A stretch of 64,000 nt of DNA from Spirochaetota bacterium (GTDB lineage: Bacteria; Spirochaetota; UBA4802; UBA5550): NCBI GenBank assembly GCA_963663865.1, contig OY760686.1, forward strand, positions 864,001 to 928,000, in the 5' to 3' direction. Shown here in pieces: positions 50,553 to 61,600 of this stretch (position 1 is the first letter of the stretch; every line of letters starts with the position of its first letter). The notes beneath the pieces are model-generated. The model was given only the letters and a program-made list of their open reading frames with translations. It was not told the DNA's origin and did not search any database. Both the position numbers and the translations under genes were made by a program.

Positions 50553-52490
50553 ATGGAAGAATCAGATCTAAAACAGCTTGAAAGGCGGGCCCGTTCTCTG
50601 CTTATGACAAAGCAAATCCCTCCCGCAAAGATGGATATTGTACGTTCGCTTATGAATAATCCGGAGATTATGCCGCACGAACGGTACAGGACCATTATCG
50701 GCCTTGTTGAAAGCTGTTTAGACAGAGAGGCACAAAAAACGGTTCAGGGCAGCAATGTCAAACAGACCGGAGCGGCAAGAAGAAAGCCAAAGCTTAATTC
50801 TGTTCAGGAGGCAGCCGTAAACGGGGATTATTATCCAACAGAAACATCGCTTTACATTGACCGTCTTTATGCTGAGTACAGATCGGCCAGGCTGTTTAAG
50901 AAGCGTTACCTAACGCGCAGAAACAACAGGCTCGGGATCGGCCTCAGGAAGAGACTTGTACCTTCGCCCGGCTTTTTAAAGGTTCTAAAGACAGTGGCAG
51001 GTGTTCAGCGCGAGGCATCAGGAAAGCTGGCCGCAGTTTTAGCACTAATCCTGAAGGACGAGCAAGTAACAAGTCCGGTTCTTTACAATTACATCAGGCT
51101 TCTGCGCTCGTGGCTTCTTGTTTCCACGATGCCTCAGTTGAAGTATAAAGAAACAAAATGGATGGAGAGGCCTTACTTCGACAGGGAGTTTACTCCATGG
51201 GCGGAGAGGTATTTTGCGTTTCAGGAAATTGATACAGAACAGCGTGAGAGCATTATCAGAGAGATTGATTTACGGCTGAGAGAGATGGACGACTTCAGGA
51301 AGGAGGATTTCACTGATAGCGATACTGATTTCACAAGGCAGGAGAAGCAGAAAAGAAACCTGATTAAGGAAAAAGCTGTTTACGGCATAGTTATGTCAAT
51401 ACGGTCATTCCTGCACGGGCCGTCCGATGAAGGCAGTATTTTGTCGGACAGAATAAGGTCGCTCTGCGGGCTTTCAGGACTTCGGGAGCTTGTGATGGCG
51501 GTTATTCGCGCACTTGTGTACCAGAGGCCTGTTGAATACGCTGACTTCCGCAAGAGGTCAGCTCTTCGTCCGCCTGAGATCAGCCGGGAGGCCTGGGACT
51601 GTAATCCGGAGATGCTCAAGAAGGCCGGCAAAGACCCCGAGTCTGTGAGGAGGCGGGAAGCAGAGCGGTTAAAGATCAGACTGCAGCCCCTCGACCATTT
51701 TATTAAAATATTGCGAGTGAAGGACAGCGGTCAATCAATACTGATGAGAGGAGTTGACACTCAAATCAGGGAGGTCGATAAAAATCGTTATAATTCCCAT
51801 GAGCTATATGAAAACAACTATATCGCGTTTATTGACGCTTCGCTTCATTTCTTTAAAAAATTCTTACTCCGCTATATTGACGGCACCGCTCTTTTGTTTG
51901 AGGATAAAAACGGGAAGAGCTACGAGACATCGCCTTTCAGGAGAGAGCTTTTTGCGGATGTCCTGGCAGCAATGCCGGTCGTCCTTGATATGTTTCATTC
52001 TTTCAGGGCTAACAATCCCATGACCGCGGTAAGCGCGATAGAGGCCCGAAAGATAATGCAGGGCCAGATTACCACGATGGGTCATGTCAGAGAGCTGCTC
52101 AATAAAGCCGGTGATTTCTTTTTCGGCGTCTCAGTAGAACTGTACAGGGTTTACGAAAAGCATAGAACCTATATTTTCAGAGGAGGGGTTACTGAGGCAG
52201 GTCTTGCAAGAAGAACGGTCGGGGGTGATGAATTCGTCGAGTCAGCCGAGCCCAGGCCGATTCCCTTTTATGACTGCAAGGCCGTATCAGCCGGGCCGGG
52301 TGAAATGCTCTATGCAAGGCTTAAGGGCCGTCCCTTTGCGGGTACCCCATCAGCAGAAGGCATTTTCGGTTATGTTATGGCATATTGCTTTCAGGGTGCT
52401 GAGGCCTGTTTCAGCCGCGAACTTTCGAGGCTTATGAGCGAGAGAGAGGCCATAATTATAAGGCTCGGAGAGCTGGGGGTTAATCCATAA
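50553..52490 (+). CDS. hypothetical cytoplasmic helical protein
   Basis: 645-aa ORF, no recognisable motif; abuts ygiQ-like gene. Confidence 0.75.
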   Translation: MEESDLKQLERRARSLLMTKQIPPAKMDIVRSLMNNPEIMPHERYRTIIGLVESCLDREAQKTVQGSNVKQTGAARRKPKLNSVQEAAVNGDYYPTETSLYIDRLYAEYRSARLFKKRYLTRRNNRLGIGLRKRLVPSPGFLKVLKTVAGVQREASGKLAAVLALILKDEQVTSPVLYNYIRLLRSWLLVSTMPQLKYKETKWMERPYFDREFTPWAERYFAFQEIDTEQRESIIREIDLRLREMDDFRKEDFTDSDTDFTRQEKQKRNLIKEKAVYGIVMSIRSFLHGPSDEGSILSDRIRSLCGLSGLRELVMAVIRALVYQRPVEYADFRKRSALRPPEISREAWDCNPEMLKKAGKDPESVRRREAERLKIRLQPLDHFIKILRVKDSGQSILMRGVDTQIREVDKNRYNSHELYENNYIAFIDASLHFFKKFLLRYIDGTALLFEDKNGKSYETSPFRRELFADVLAAMPVVLDMFHSFRANNPMTAVSAIEARKIMQGQITTMGHVRELLNKAGDFFFGVSVELYRVYEKHRTYIFRGGVTEAGLARRTVGGDEFVESAEPRPIPFYDCKAVSAGPGEMLYARLKGRPFAGTPSAEGIFGYVMAYCFQGAEACFSRELSRLMSEREAIIIRLGELGVNP

Positions 52491-54209
52491 GTGTTTATTC
52501 CTGCTACACTTGACGAAGCACGGCTGCTTGGATGGAGCGGTTTTGATGTTATACTCGTTTCCGGGGACGCGTATATTGACAGCCCCAACATGGGTATAGC
52601 AGTCATTGGGCATGTCCTCATTGATGCAGGATACAGGGTGGGTATAATCGCTCAGCCGGATATCAATTCTGAATCAGATATTACCCGCCTTGGAGAGCCG
52701 GCGCTCTTCTGGGGGATTAGCTCTGGCTGTGTGGATTCGATGGTGTCAAACTACAATGCTGACAGAAGGATACGGCTTCACGATGACCTTACCCCGGGCG
52801 GGGTGCACGGCAAAAGGCCCGACAGGGCTCTGATAGCATATACCGGGCTAATCCGGAGGTATTTTAAAAATACTGTTCCAGTTGTGCTTGGGGGAATTGA
52901 GGCAAGTCTTAGAAGAATAGCCCATTATGACTACTGGCAAAACTCAATCAGAAGATCGGTGCTTTTTGATGCCAAGGCAGATATAATCATATACGGAATG
53001 GGAGAGAGGCCTGTAACAGAGCTTGCTGCTTCCATAGCTGCCGGGAGGGACTGGCGCGATATTCGGGGAATCTGTTACGCGGGCATGTGTCCTGAGGAGC
53101 ATAAGCTGGTTCTTCCGTCATACGAAGAAGCTGCCGCTGACAGTGATATGTTTGAGTCGATGTTCAGGGATTTTTATCATGAAACTGTATCTGAAAATCC
53201 GAGGACGATAATACAGAAACACGGAGAACGGTATTTAATACAAAATCCTCCAGCTGAAATACTGACTCCGGAAGAGCTGGGGCGGGTAAATAATCTGCCT
53301 TACGAACGGTCGCTTCATCCATTGTGCGCGGGCAAGGGGGAGGTGAGGGCGGTTGACACAGCGCGCTTTTCAATAACAACGCATCGGGGATGTTTCGGGG
53401 AATGCTCCTTCTGCGCGATAACTGTCCATCAGGGGAAAAAGGTGGTTTCTCGTACTATAGACTCAATCTGCAGTGAAGCTCGCTCAATAACGGGCCATCC
53501 GGATTTTAAAGGATACATTGATGATGTCGGCGGGCCTACCGCTAATATGTATTCATACAGCTGCTCATCGCGGAAACATCCCGGTTCATGCGTGAAAAGC
53601 TGCCTGTATCCCGGCGTTTGTACTTCTCTCCAACATGGGCATGCGGATCAGATAAGGATGCTGAGGGCTCTGAAAGGAATTGAGGGAATCAAAAAGGTAT
53701 TCATTCGGTCAGGTGTGAGATATGATCTTGTGACAGCCGATATCAAAACGGGAAAAAATTATCTTGCAGACATTCTTCAGAATAACATCTCCGGACAAAT
53801 GAGGATTGCTCCTGAGCATTCAAACGGCAGGGTCTTGAAGCTGATGAGAAAGCCGGGGGAAGTCGAGCTCGATGAATTTCGCAGATTATTTAAAAAGGTT
53901 CAAGGGGAAACCGGAAGCAGGATTTATCTTTCGTACTACTACATGGCCGCTCATCCTGGATGCTCTATTGAAGACATGAAGGAACTCAAGCAGAATGCGG
54001 GCATCGTTTTTAATGAGCTTAACGCGCATGTTCAGATTTTCACTCCAACTCCGTCAACATTCTCAACTCTGGCATACTGGACCGGTAAAGACCCTTTCAC
54101 CGGCAAAGTTCTGTTTGTTGAAAAGGAGATGGGGAGCAAACTCAAACAGAAGAAGATTCTTCAGCCCGGTGAATCCGGAAATCTAAATCGTGGTAGAAGA
54201 AAGCGCTGA
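52491..54209 (+). CDS. YgiQ family radical SAM protein
   Basis: GDAYID.P, GGIEASLRRIAHYD, HRGCFGECSFC, GGPTANMY, SGVRYDL, APEH, QIFTPTP. Confidence 0.95.
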   Translation: MFIPATLDEARLLGWSGFDVILVSGDAYIDSPNMGIAVIGHVLIDAGYRVGIIAQPDINSESDITRLGEPALFWGISSGCVDSMVSNYNADRRIRLHDDLTPGGVHGKRPDRALIAYTGLIRRYFKNTVPVVLGGIEASLRRIAHYDYWQNSIRRSVLFDAKADIIIYGMGERPVTELAASIAAGRDWRDIRGICYAGMCPEEHKLVLPSYEEAAADSDMFESMFRDFYHETVSENPRTIIQKHGERYLIQNPPAEILTPEELGRVNNLPYERSLHPLCAGKGEVRAVDTARFSITTHRGCFGECSFCAITVHQGKKVVSRTIDSICSEARSITGHPDFKGYIDDVGGPTANMYSYSCSSRKHPGSCVKSCLYPGVCTSLQHGHADQIRMLRALKGIEGIKKVFIRSGVRYDLVTADIKTGKNYLADILQNNISGQMRIAPEHSNGRVLKLMRKPGEVELDEFRRLFKKVQGETGSRIYLSYYYMAAHPGCSIEDMKELKQNAGIVFNELNAHVQIFTPTPSTFSTLAYWTGKDPFTGKVLFVEKEMGSKLKQKKILQPGESGNLNRGRRKR

Positions 54210-54239
54210 TTCATGTAATAGTCCGGTGTAAAGCAGGTC

Positions 54240-56135
54240 TCAGGAGTTGTTTCCGTGATTCTTTGTTTTCTCTTTCATTGTTTTCGATATGGTCTGAATA
54301 AGTTCGTCAAGTTTGAAAGGCTTTGGTATGAATACGTCGATAACATTGCTGTAAGCATCAATATCGTCCATCGTCCAGCCTGAGAGCAGAAAAGTCGCTG
54401 TTCTGTCGTTGAGCTCTTTCGCCCGCGCGGCGAGTTCTATTCCAGTCAGACCCGGTATTCCGTAGTCTGTTATTAAAATATCAAATCTGTTAGCTTTTAT
54501 TTCTTCGAGGGCGTCTGAACTGTTTGAACACACCCGGACATGGTTCCCCATTCTGTCAAATAAGTCTCTCAAAATCTTCTGGAGAGTAAGTTCATCTTCA
54601 ACTATTAGAATATTTAAATTGCGGAGTACATATTCGGTTTTTCCACCTGATTTTAGCCTGTCATGAAGAAGACGCCTTTCGGGTATAATAACCTTGATTG
54701 AATAGCTTGAACTGGATTCTTCCTCGAAGATTTTTAGTCCGATTTTTTCGCTGCTCTGTCTTATGTCAATTCCTGAAAAAACATTAACGAGGTCTGAGCG
54801 CTGAAAGCCGTCGGTGGCTGCATCCTGCTTTTGAGCTGTAACATTAATAACTACGTCGGAGGTTTCTTTCATTGTAAGAGTAACTGTACCGTTTGATCTG
54901 ATTATTCCCGATATTTTGAGAATTATTGAGATTAGAATTTCCCGAAGGAGGGAGGCATCAGTCATGATTTCCGGAGAAGAATAGTATTTCTTTTCAATCG
55001 CGATATTCCTTCTGTTCTCTCTGTCCTCAACCTTGAATCTCAATCTGGCAAACTCGATTGAGTCTTCAATTATGGACACGAGATGTTCCGGCTGCTCGCC
55101 TGTCATCGAAGGCTTTGCTGAAATTGAATTCTGCAGGCGCCTGATATCATCAATGATGTCAAGGGATGATTTTTCAATGATAGAAATACCTTCAAGCACA
55201 GAGGGTTTTTCTGTTATCTGTTGAAGCAGTTGGGTCTGGCTCAAAACAATATTAATGCTGTTGTTTAGAGAATGAAGAAATCCCTTGGTGATGTCCTGCA
55301 GCAGGTTGTTCCTTCCAATGGAATTAATCTTCTCTTTGAGCGATTTTATCTCGGTGACATCCTCAATTGCTATTTCAACAAGAGGCCCGTGTTCAGCGTC
55401 AATAACAGGATACATTACAATGTTGACGATCTTTTCCGAGGCATCGGCTGAAATAAACTTTAGTTCACCCTTTCGTGCAAAAGGGAGTTCTCCTCCTGAA
55501 AGTCGTGAGGCTATGGCCCTTATTCGTTCATGGTCAAAGGGGAAAAAAGTAAGGATCGTGTTATGAGAATCTTCGAAATTTAGCGTTAAACCCGCAAAGT
55601 TTTCGAATGTGTGACTGCGGCGGAGAATAACCGATTCGCTGTTTATTCTTATGACAGGCATCGGAGTGAATTGATAGAGAACATCTTCGTATGTGCTGCT
55701 TTCATCTGAGAGAAGGGAAAGCGTTGATTTATTAAATGATACCATTCTATTGTCGACGTTTCTGAAAATTGAAAGAATTGATACGACAACACCGTTTTCA
55801 AGCATAGGGAAAAGATATATCTCAACAGGAATTTTATCACCATCGTTGGATAAAATCACCGCGAAGCATTGCCGTTCATTTCCTTCCAGAGCTCCAAGAT
55901 ATGCATTAGCAAGGCGTTTACGGTATTCAGAGTAAAAGGGGTGATCCGGCTGGAGTTTGATGCTGTTCTTTGATGTATCAAAGACTGTGCGGAAAAGGCT
56001 GTTGCCGTAGAGTAAATTTCCATCAGTTCCGACAACACTTACCGGATAATTAAATAATTCAAAGATTTGAAAGCGGGCCTCACCATAATGAGGCCCCTGT
56101 TTATATTGCGGATTATCGTTATTATCGCTACTCAT
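54240..56135 (-). CDS. PAS-PAS-degenerate histidine kinase-receiver hybrid protein
   Basis: Two PAS-like regions, DVTE linker, H-box GFLHSLNN, eroded ATPase domain, intact REC (IVEDE, ITD, KPF). Confidence 0.8.
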   Translation of the reverse strand: MSSDNNDNPQYKQGPHYGEARFQIFELFNYPVSVVGTDGNLLYGNSLFRTVFDTSKNSIKLQPDHPFYSEYRKRLANAYLGALEGNERQCFAVILSNDGDKIPVEIYLFPMLENGVVVSILSIFRNVDNRMVSFNKSTLSLLSDESSTYEDVLYQFTPMPVIRINSESVILRRSHTFENFAGLTLNFEDSHNTILTFFPFDHERIRAIASRLSGGELPFARKGELKFISADASEKIVNIVMYPVIDAEHGPLVEIAIEDVTEIKSLKEKINSIGRNNLLQDITKGFLHSLNNSINIVLSQTQLLQQITEKPSVLEGISIIEKSSLDIIDDIRRLQNSISAKPSMTGEQPEHLVSIIEDSIEFARLRFKVEDRENRRNIAIEKKYYSSPEIMTDASLLREILISIILKISGIIRSNGTVTLTMKETSDVVINVTAQKQDAATDGFQRSDLVNVFSGIDIRQSSEKIGLKIFEEESSSSYSIKVIIPERRLLHDRLKSGGKTEYVLRNLNILIVEDELTLQKILRDLFDRMGNHVRVCSNSSDALEEIKANRFDILITDYGIPGLTGIELAARAKELNDRTATFLLSGWTMDDIDAYSNVIDVFIPKPFKLDELIQTISKTMKEKTKNHGNNS

Positions 56136-56140
56136 TCCAA

Positions 56141-57538
56141 TTACAAAAGAGTCCTCTTATTGATAAACTCTATACCGCCGGTCTTAATTGTTACAGGAAC
56201 GTTCTCTGTTTCAGCAACATTGCCCTTCTTGTTAATATAGTCAAGCTTAACATCGTAGTTGCCGGGGGCAAGGAAAATTCGTCCAAGATGAAGTCTTGCG
56301 GGTAATGTGTGCCAGCATCTCAGGTCAGGTCCCATCGAAGAGAACAGAGCGGCTCCTGTTCCGGCTCCCGCGACTGTTCCGATAAGACCGGCAAAAGAAC
56401 CAGCTCCGGCTTTTTCAGCTATCTTCTTTGCAGCTATCCCGGCAGCTATTGAAGCCGCGGCTTTAGTAACTATTGAAGCAGCAAGATGAACCTGTAGAGA
56501 GCTGTAATCCTCTTTTAGATTGTTTACTGCTGTATTGCTGATGTCTTCGAATGGTATTGTTCCAGCTGTTGTGTTGCCTGCCGTAATTTTAACATATGAA
56601 GTGTTATCGGACCTCTCGACAAACCTGGGTATGGGATTTTCGGCATTGTTCAAAGCGACCATTATTGCCGCTATGGTTACGCCTTCTTTAAGGGAAATCC
56701 TGCGAAGTGATCTGTCAATGGAAACCTTCATTGCTGAGTCCGATAGAAGTTTGCCCCTTGATTTTTTTACGGCGCTTTTCCCTGACTGAAGAATAACGAC
56801 AAGTTCACCGGCGTCTTTGAATGACTTGTCGACATTACCAAACTGTGCTGACCATTTAGCAGCGTCATCATTATATCCGAGGCGTTTTGAAACACGGATC
56901 AGGTCTGCCTTAACGGGACCGTATCCAGGGCTGAGAATATTTATCTGTTCATATTCTTTATAAGCGTATTCAAGATCATCGAGGTCATTATTTTCACGGG
57001 CAGTTATCTCATAGGCCACTGCAGTGAGATACTTTGCCATAAGGTTCTGCTTATATTTCGAAGTGTTGCCTTCGGCCCTGATCTTGGAGAGTTCTTCATT
57101 GACAAGCTTGAACTCAACCCGCGCGGATTCAGTTTCGCCCATTTTTAAAAAATTAATACCGAGGAACATATGAACAAGGACTTTCTCAAAGTCTTCTCCT
57201 TTATAGTTCGTAGAGGTCTGGTTTGAAAGCAGAGCTGTTATCTGCTGTGTCACGCTTGTAGGGACAACCTTTGCGAGTTTCCCTGCCGGCAGAAGTATGC
57301 TGTTGCTTTTTTCGTAGTCAGCTCCAGCATGAAGCATATAGCCGCACTCCATCATGTATAGAAGCTGGTCCCTGCCTTTGTTGTTTACTTCAGGAAGAAG
57401 CATGCGTGCAGCTCCCAGATAATCTCCCTGATAGAACTTCTGTTCAGGCGCCTTGATCGCTTCAAAGTAACTTTTTGATGAACAGGAAACGGATAAAACC
57501 GACAGAAAAACGGCTGCAATTATAAGAAATTTTTTCAT
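56141..57538 (-). CDS. COG3014-like TPR lipoprotein
   Basis: Lipobox SVS-C, YKGEDFEKV, ARVEF, DLRCWHTLP; follows lpoB; start 57538. Confidence 0.8.
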   Translation of the reverse strand: MKKFLIIAAVFLSVLSVSCSSKSYFEAIKAPEQKFYQGDYLGAARMLLPEVNNKGRDQLLYMMECGYMLHAGADYEKSNSILLPAGKLAKVVPTSVTQQITALLSNQTSTNYKGEDFEKVLVHMFLGINFLKMGETESARVEFKLVNEELSKIRAEGNTSKYKQNLMAKYLTAVAYEITARENNDLDDLEYAYKEYEQINILSPGYGPVKADLIRVSKRLGYNDDAAKWSAQFGNVDKSFKDAGELVVILQSGKSAVKKSRGKLLSDSAMKVSIDRSLRRISLKEGVTIAAIMVALNNAENPIPRFVERSDNTSYVKITAGNTTAGTIPFEDISNTAVNNLKEDYSSLQVHLAASIVTKAAASIAAGIAAKKIAEKAGAGSFAGLIGTVAGAGTGAALFSSMGPDLRCWHTLPARLHLGRIFLAPGNYDVKLDYINKKGNVAETENVPVTIKTGGIEFINKRTLL

Positions 57539-57637
57539 AATAATCCTCGCTGTATTTTTCCGAATATAGCTTATGAAACCCGAAAGAACAAAATTTAGCA
57601 AGAAAAAATTCAGGATTTATAGGCTTAAGGAAGTATT

Positions 57638-57668
57638 AAAAAAAGAACGGGCGATTAACCCGTTCTTT
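57638..57668 (-). terminator. intrinsic terminator between lpoB and COG3014 gene
   Basis: aaagaacggg-N7-cccgttcttt with T-run on minus strand. Confidence 0.75.
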
Positions 57669-57689
57669 CATAGTCGTTGAAAAGAATTC

Positions 57690-58259
57690 TTAAAAACTTA
57701 TTCTGTTTGTGGATGTAGCCTTCAAAAATTCCTGCTGGTCCTGCCAGACGAGCATTCCAGTCGCAAGACTTGACAGCTTGAGCGTTACAACAAGATATTG
57801 CACTCGATGCCCGCCAACGAATCTTACATTGTCGCTGATCTCCCCATGCAGATAGAAGTTTGGTGATTTGAGGGATCCCATCGGAATCGCGCTGTCCGGG
57901 TCTATAAGGCCTGTCATGCCTTTTCCCATTTCCTCGATTGCGTCCGCAGTATAAGTCGGATCAACGAACTGAATCCTTTTTTGTATCAGGTTTGTTACAA
58001 GTTCATTGGAAACCATCTTTGTGTCGATATGTTCCGAAGTCCTGTTTCTAATCTTTTTAACCTGAATTATAGTAGCCTTTTTCCAGTCCTCTTTAAGATA
58101 TTTGTAAAGAGAGCCTACCATTTTTGATACAGTAGTTTTGACCTCACGGGGCCCCCATTCCATTGAGCCGCTGTCTTTTGAAGCGTCCCTGTACTGGGTT
58201 CCTCCGCAGGCTGTTAAAGCCAGAAGTGCTGATACAAAAAGAATTGAAGCTTTTTTCAT
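57690..58259 (-). CDS. lpoB: penicillin-binding protein activator LpoB-family lipoprotein
   Basis: Lipobox LTA-C, KMVGSL, NRTSEHIDT, G.LVW; start 58259. Confidence 0.85.
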   Translation of the reverse strand: MKKASILFVSALLALTACGGTQYRDASKDSGSMEWGPREVKTTVSKMVGSLYKYLKEDWKKATIIQVKKIRNRTSEHIDTKMVSNELVTNLIQKRIQFVDPTYTADAIEEMGKGMTGLIDPDSAIPMGSLKSPNFYLHGEISDNVRFVGGHRVQYLVVTLKLSSLATGMLVWQDQQEFLKATSTNRISF

Positions 58260-58689
58260 AGTTGATAAACCTCGCATAGATTAAGTATACTTCGGCAGAA
58301 AGACAGCCGTTAATGATAATCAAAGTATTATCCCCTGATATCATGTAATTGTCAATAAACTAACAGCATAAGAGTGGAAATATTCATTTTTAATGCTGAA
58401 AAAGGATGTATTGGATACGAATGAGGTTAACTGTATGATGGTGCGATTATGCTATAGATCAGTTAAAGGAAGTAAATAATTAGAATATTTGATATTATTC
58501 AACCCGTGTAAAAATAAACTTGATAAAATGAATTTGATATTAATACACTGGGAATTTGTTTTAACGGTTCAGTCAAAATGAAAGCTGTTTTAATATACTA
58601 ATCGTGTGATAAATTCGTTCTTAATATGTCTGAAAAAATATAAAAAAGATTTAATACGGCTCAGCAGTGAATATAACACTGCCCGGGGG

Positions 58690-61600
58690 ATGTTTTTGAG
58701 AACCATATCGGTATTATTGTTTATGCTGCTTCAGGGCGGTTTCATTTCAGCCGCCTGTCCCCTTCATGCTGCAGCTGAAAGTACTCACAAGCTTTCACCT
58801 GCTTTGATCATGCTTGAGGTTCTTGAGGATAAAAGCGGTTTTTTGGACATTGACGATGTGCTCTCGCCTGCGGCTGAAAGTGAATTTAAGCTTGAAAAAA
58901 CAAATATCCCCAACAAAGGATTTTCTTCTTCCGCTTTCTGGGCGCGTTTCAGGCTTGAGAATGTACCAGATGACAATTATAGTTTGATTGTTATTACATT
59001 TCCGCTGCTTGACTCAGTCGAGTACTACAGGCCTGTTGTAAGCGGTACTGCCAGGCCGGAATATGTCAGGACTGCAGCGGGCAGGGATTATCCCTTTAAA
59101 TCAAGAGAGTACAACTACAGAGCTTTTGCCTTCAACCTGGGAAAGGATACGCCGCATGATGCATATCACTACCTCAGAATTGAAAGCGAAGATGCTGTAA
59201 TATTCCCTGTTTCGCTTATGGATGGTTACCAGTTTGCCGATTTAAGGGTGACTGAAAACTTCATCTTCGGAATCTATTACGGTATTTTGCTGGTAATGCT
59301 TCTCTACAACGCTTTTCTGTATCTTTCGCTCAGGGACAGAAATTATCTGAATTATGTTCTGTTTCTATGCGCATACGGTCTGTTTCTAATGTCAATGAAC
59401 GGGATTTCAACGCAGTATCTATGGCCTGACTCGGGTTTGTGGATTAAGACAGCCAATCCTGCCCTGATATCCCTCAGTATATTCTTCGCTGTAAGGTTTA
59501 CAACCGGCTTTATAAAAACAGCTGAAAATACCCCCGGAATTCACGCAATGCTCATTCTTATAAGCGTGATATCGCTGTTTTCGTTTGTGCTTTCGTTCTT
59601 CATTCCGTACAGAATTGCCATAATTGCCGGGCAGATTCTTCCGTTGTGTGCTATTTTTTCAGTAATACCGGCTGCAGCGATATCCTGGCGGAACGGTTTC
59701 AGACCTGCGAGATTCTACCTTCTTGCCTGGTCGATGCTATTGCTCGGAGTTATCCTCTCAGCATTAAGGGTCCTGGGTATTATCGGCCATAACGTGGTGA
59801 CGGAATACGGCCTGCAGATTGGTTCGGGGATAGAGCTGGTTCTGCTTTCACTCGCCCTTGCTGACCGGATAAACATTCTGAACCGTGAGAAGGCCGAGGC
59901 TCAGGCTGAGGCAATCGAAAACCTGCAAAAAGCTGACAGGCTTAAGGACGCATTTTTTGCAAACACGTCACATGAATTGAGGACGCCTTTAAGCGGAATT
60001 ATCGGTCTTGCCGAGTCCCTTCTCGAAGGAAGCGGCGGGGAACTGTCCGCGGGGGCGGCGAGGAATCTAAGCCTCATAGCAAGCAGCGGAAGGCGGCTTG
60101 CGTCTCTGGTAAACGACATTCTTGATTACTCAAGGCTCAAGCACCGGGACATTGTTCTCAATAACCGTCCTGTTGATCTTTTCTCTCTGGCGGATGTAGT
60201 TATTGAATTGACGGCTCCTCTTGCTTCTCAGTCATCGCTGAAGGTTGAAAACAGGCTTCCGGAAAACTTTGCGGCAGTATGGGGCGATGAGGAAAGAATA
60301 TGCCAGGTATTGATTAACCTTGTAGGAAACGCGATAAAGTTCAGTGATAGCGGGACGGTTGCAATTACAGCTGAATACGGTGAAGGCGACGGTTCGGGTA
60401 TGGCAGTTGTCAGCGTTTCTGACAGTGGAATTGGAATACCTGAGAGCATGTTTGAAGATATCTTTCAGCCTTATGAGCAGGTTGATGATCCAAATGTGAT
60501 CAGGTTTGGCGGAACAGGCATAGGACTTGCGATAACAAAGAAGCTTGTAGAGCTTCACGGGGGCTCAATCAATGTAAAATCTTCTCTGGGCGTGGGGTCG
60601 ACCTTCTATTTTACCTTGCCTTTATCCGGTGAAAAAGCGCCCCGGGCAGAAACTCTGAAACAGCGCCCTGTGATAGCGCAGGCCTACGCTGAAGAGATTA
60701 TTGAAGAGTTCGGGATAGTTGAGTCTGAAAGCAACAACCCGTCATCAAGAACCGAAATTCTTGCGGTAGATGATGATCCGGTTAATTTGCAGCTTTTGAG
60801 CGATATTTTAGGCTTGGCGGGTTTTCATGTCAGAAAATGCGTGAATGGAAAGGCTGCGATTGACTTGATTGACAGCGGATACCGTCCGGCAATAGTGTTA
60901 ATGGATCTGATGATGCCGGGCATGAGCGGCTACGAGGCTACAAGACGTATAAGGGAGAAATACAAGCTGACGGAGATGCCGGTAATGCTGATTACTGCCA
61001 AGGGGCAGAGCAGTGATATTGTCGCAGGACTTGAGGCAGGAGCAAATGAGTACATCATGAAACCGTTTGATTCAAGAATTCTCATGGCCAGGGTGTCAAC
61101 GCTTCTTTCCTTGAGAAACTCTGATTCTGAAATAAGGCGTCTGGTTTCAATCGATCAGGAGCTTGCTATTGCCAGACGGATTCAGCAGTCGACCATCCCC
61201 AAGACACTGCCCGTAGTAAAGGGGATAAAGACTGCTGCACGCTATGTGCCGATTGAAGGGATAGGCGGTGATTTTTACGATATTCATGAACTTGAAGACG
61301 GCAGTATCGCGGTTCTGCTGACCGATGTTTCCGGACACGGCCTCCCCTCGGCCCTGGTAGCATCCATGGTAAAAATGGTTTTTTGTATGCAGAAGGTAAT
61401 AGCGAGCCGTCCATCAGAGTTTCTTGAGAGGATGAATGATATCCTTATCGATAATATTGAAAATTCATTTTTAACTGCATCATACATATACCTTAATTCT
61501 GACAGGAACAGGATGGTTTGTTCGAATGCGGGGCACGTTCCGCTTCTTCTTCTAAGAGAAGGCAGCGAAGAGATTGTTTCAATTAAGCCTTCCGGAAGAT

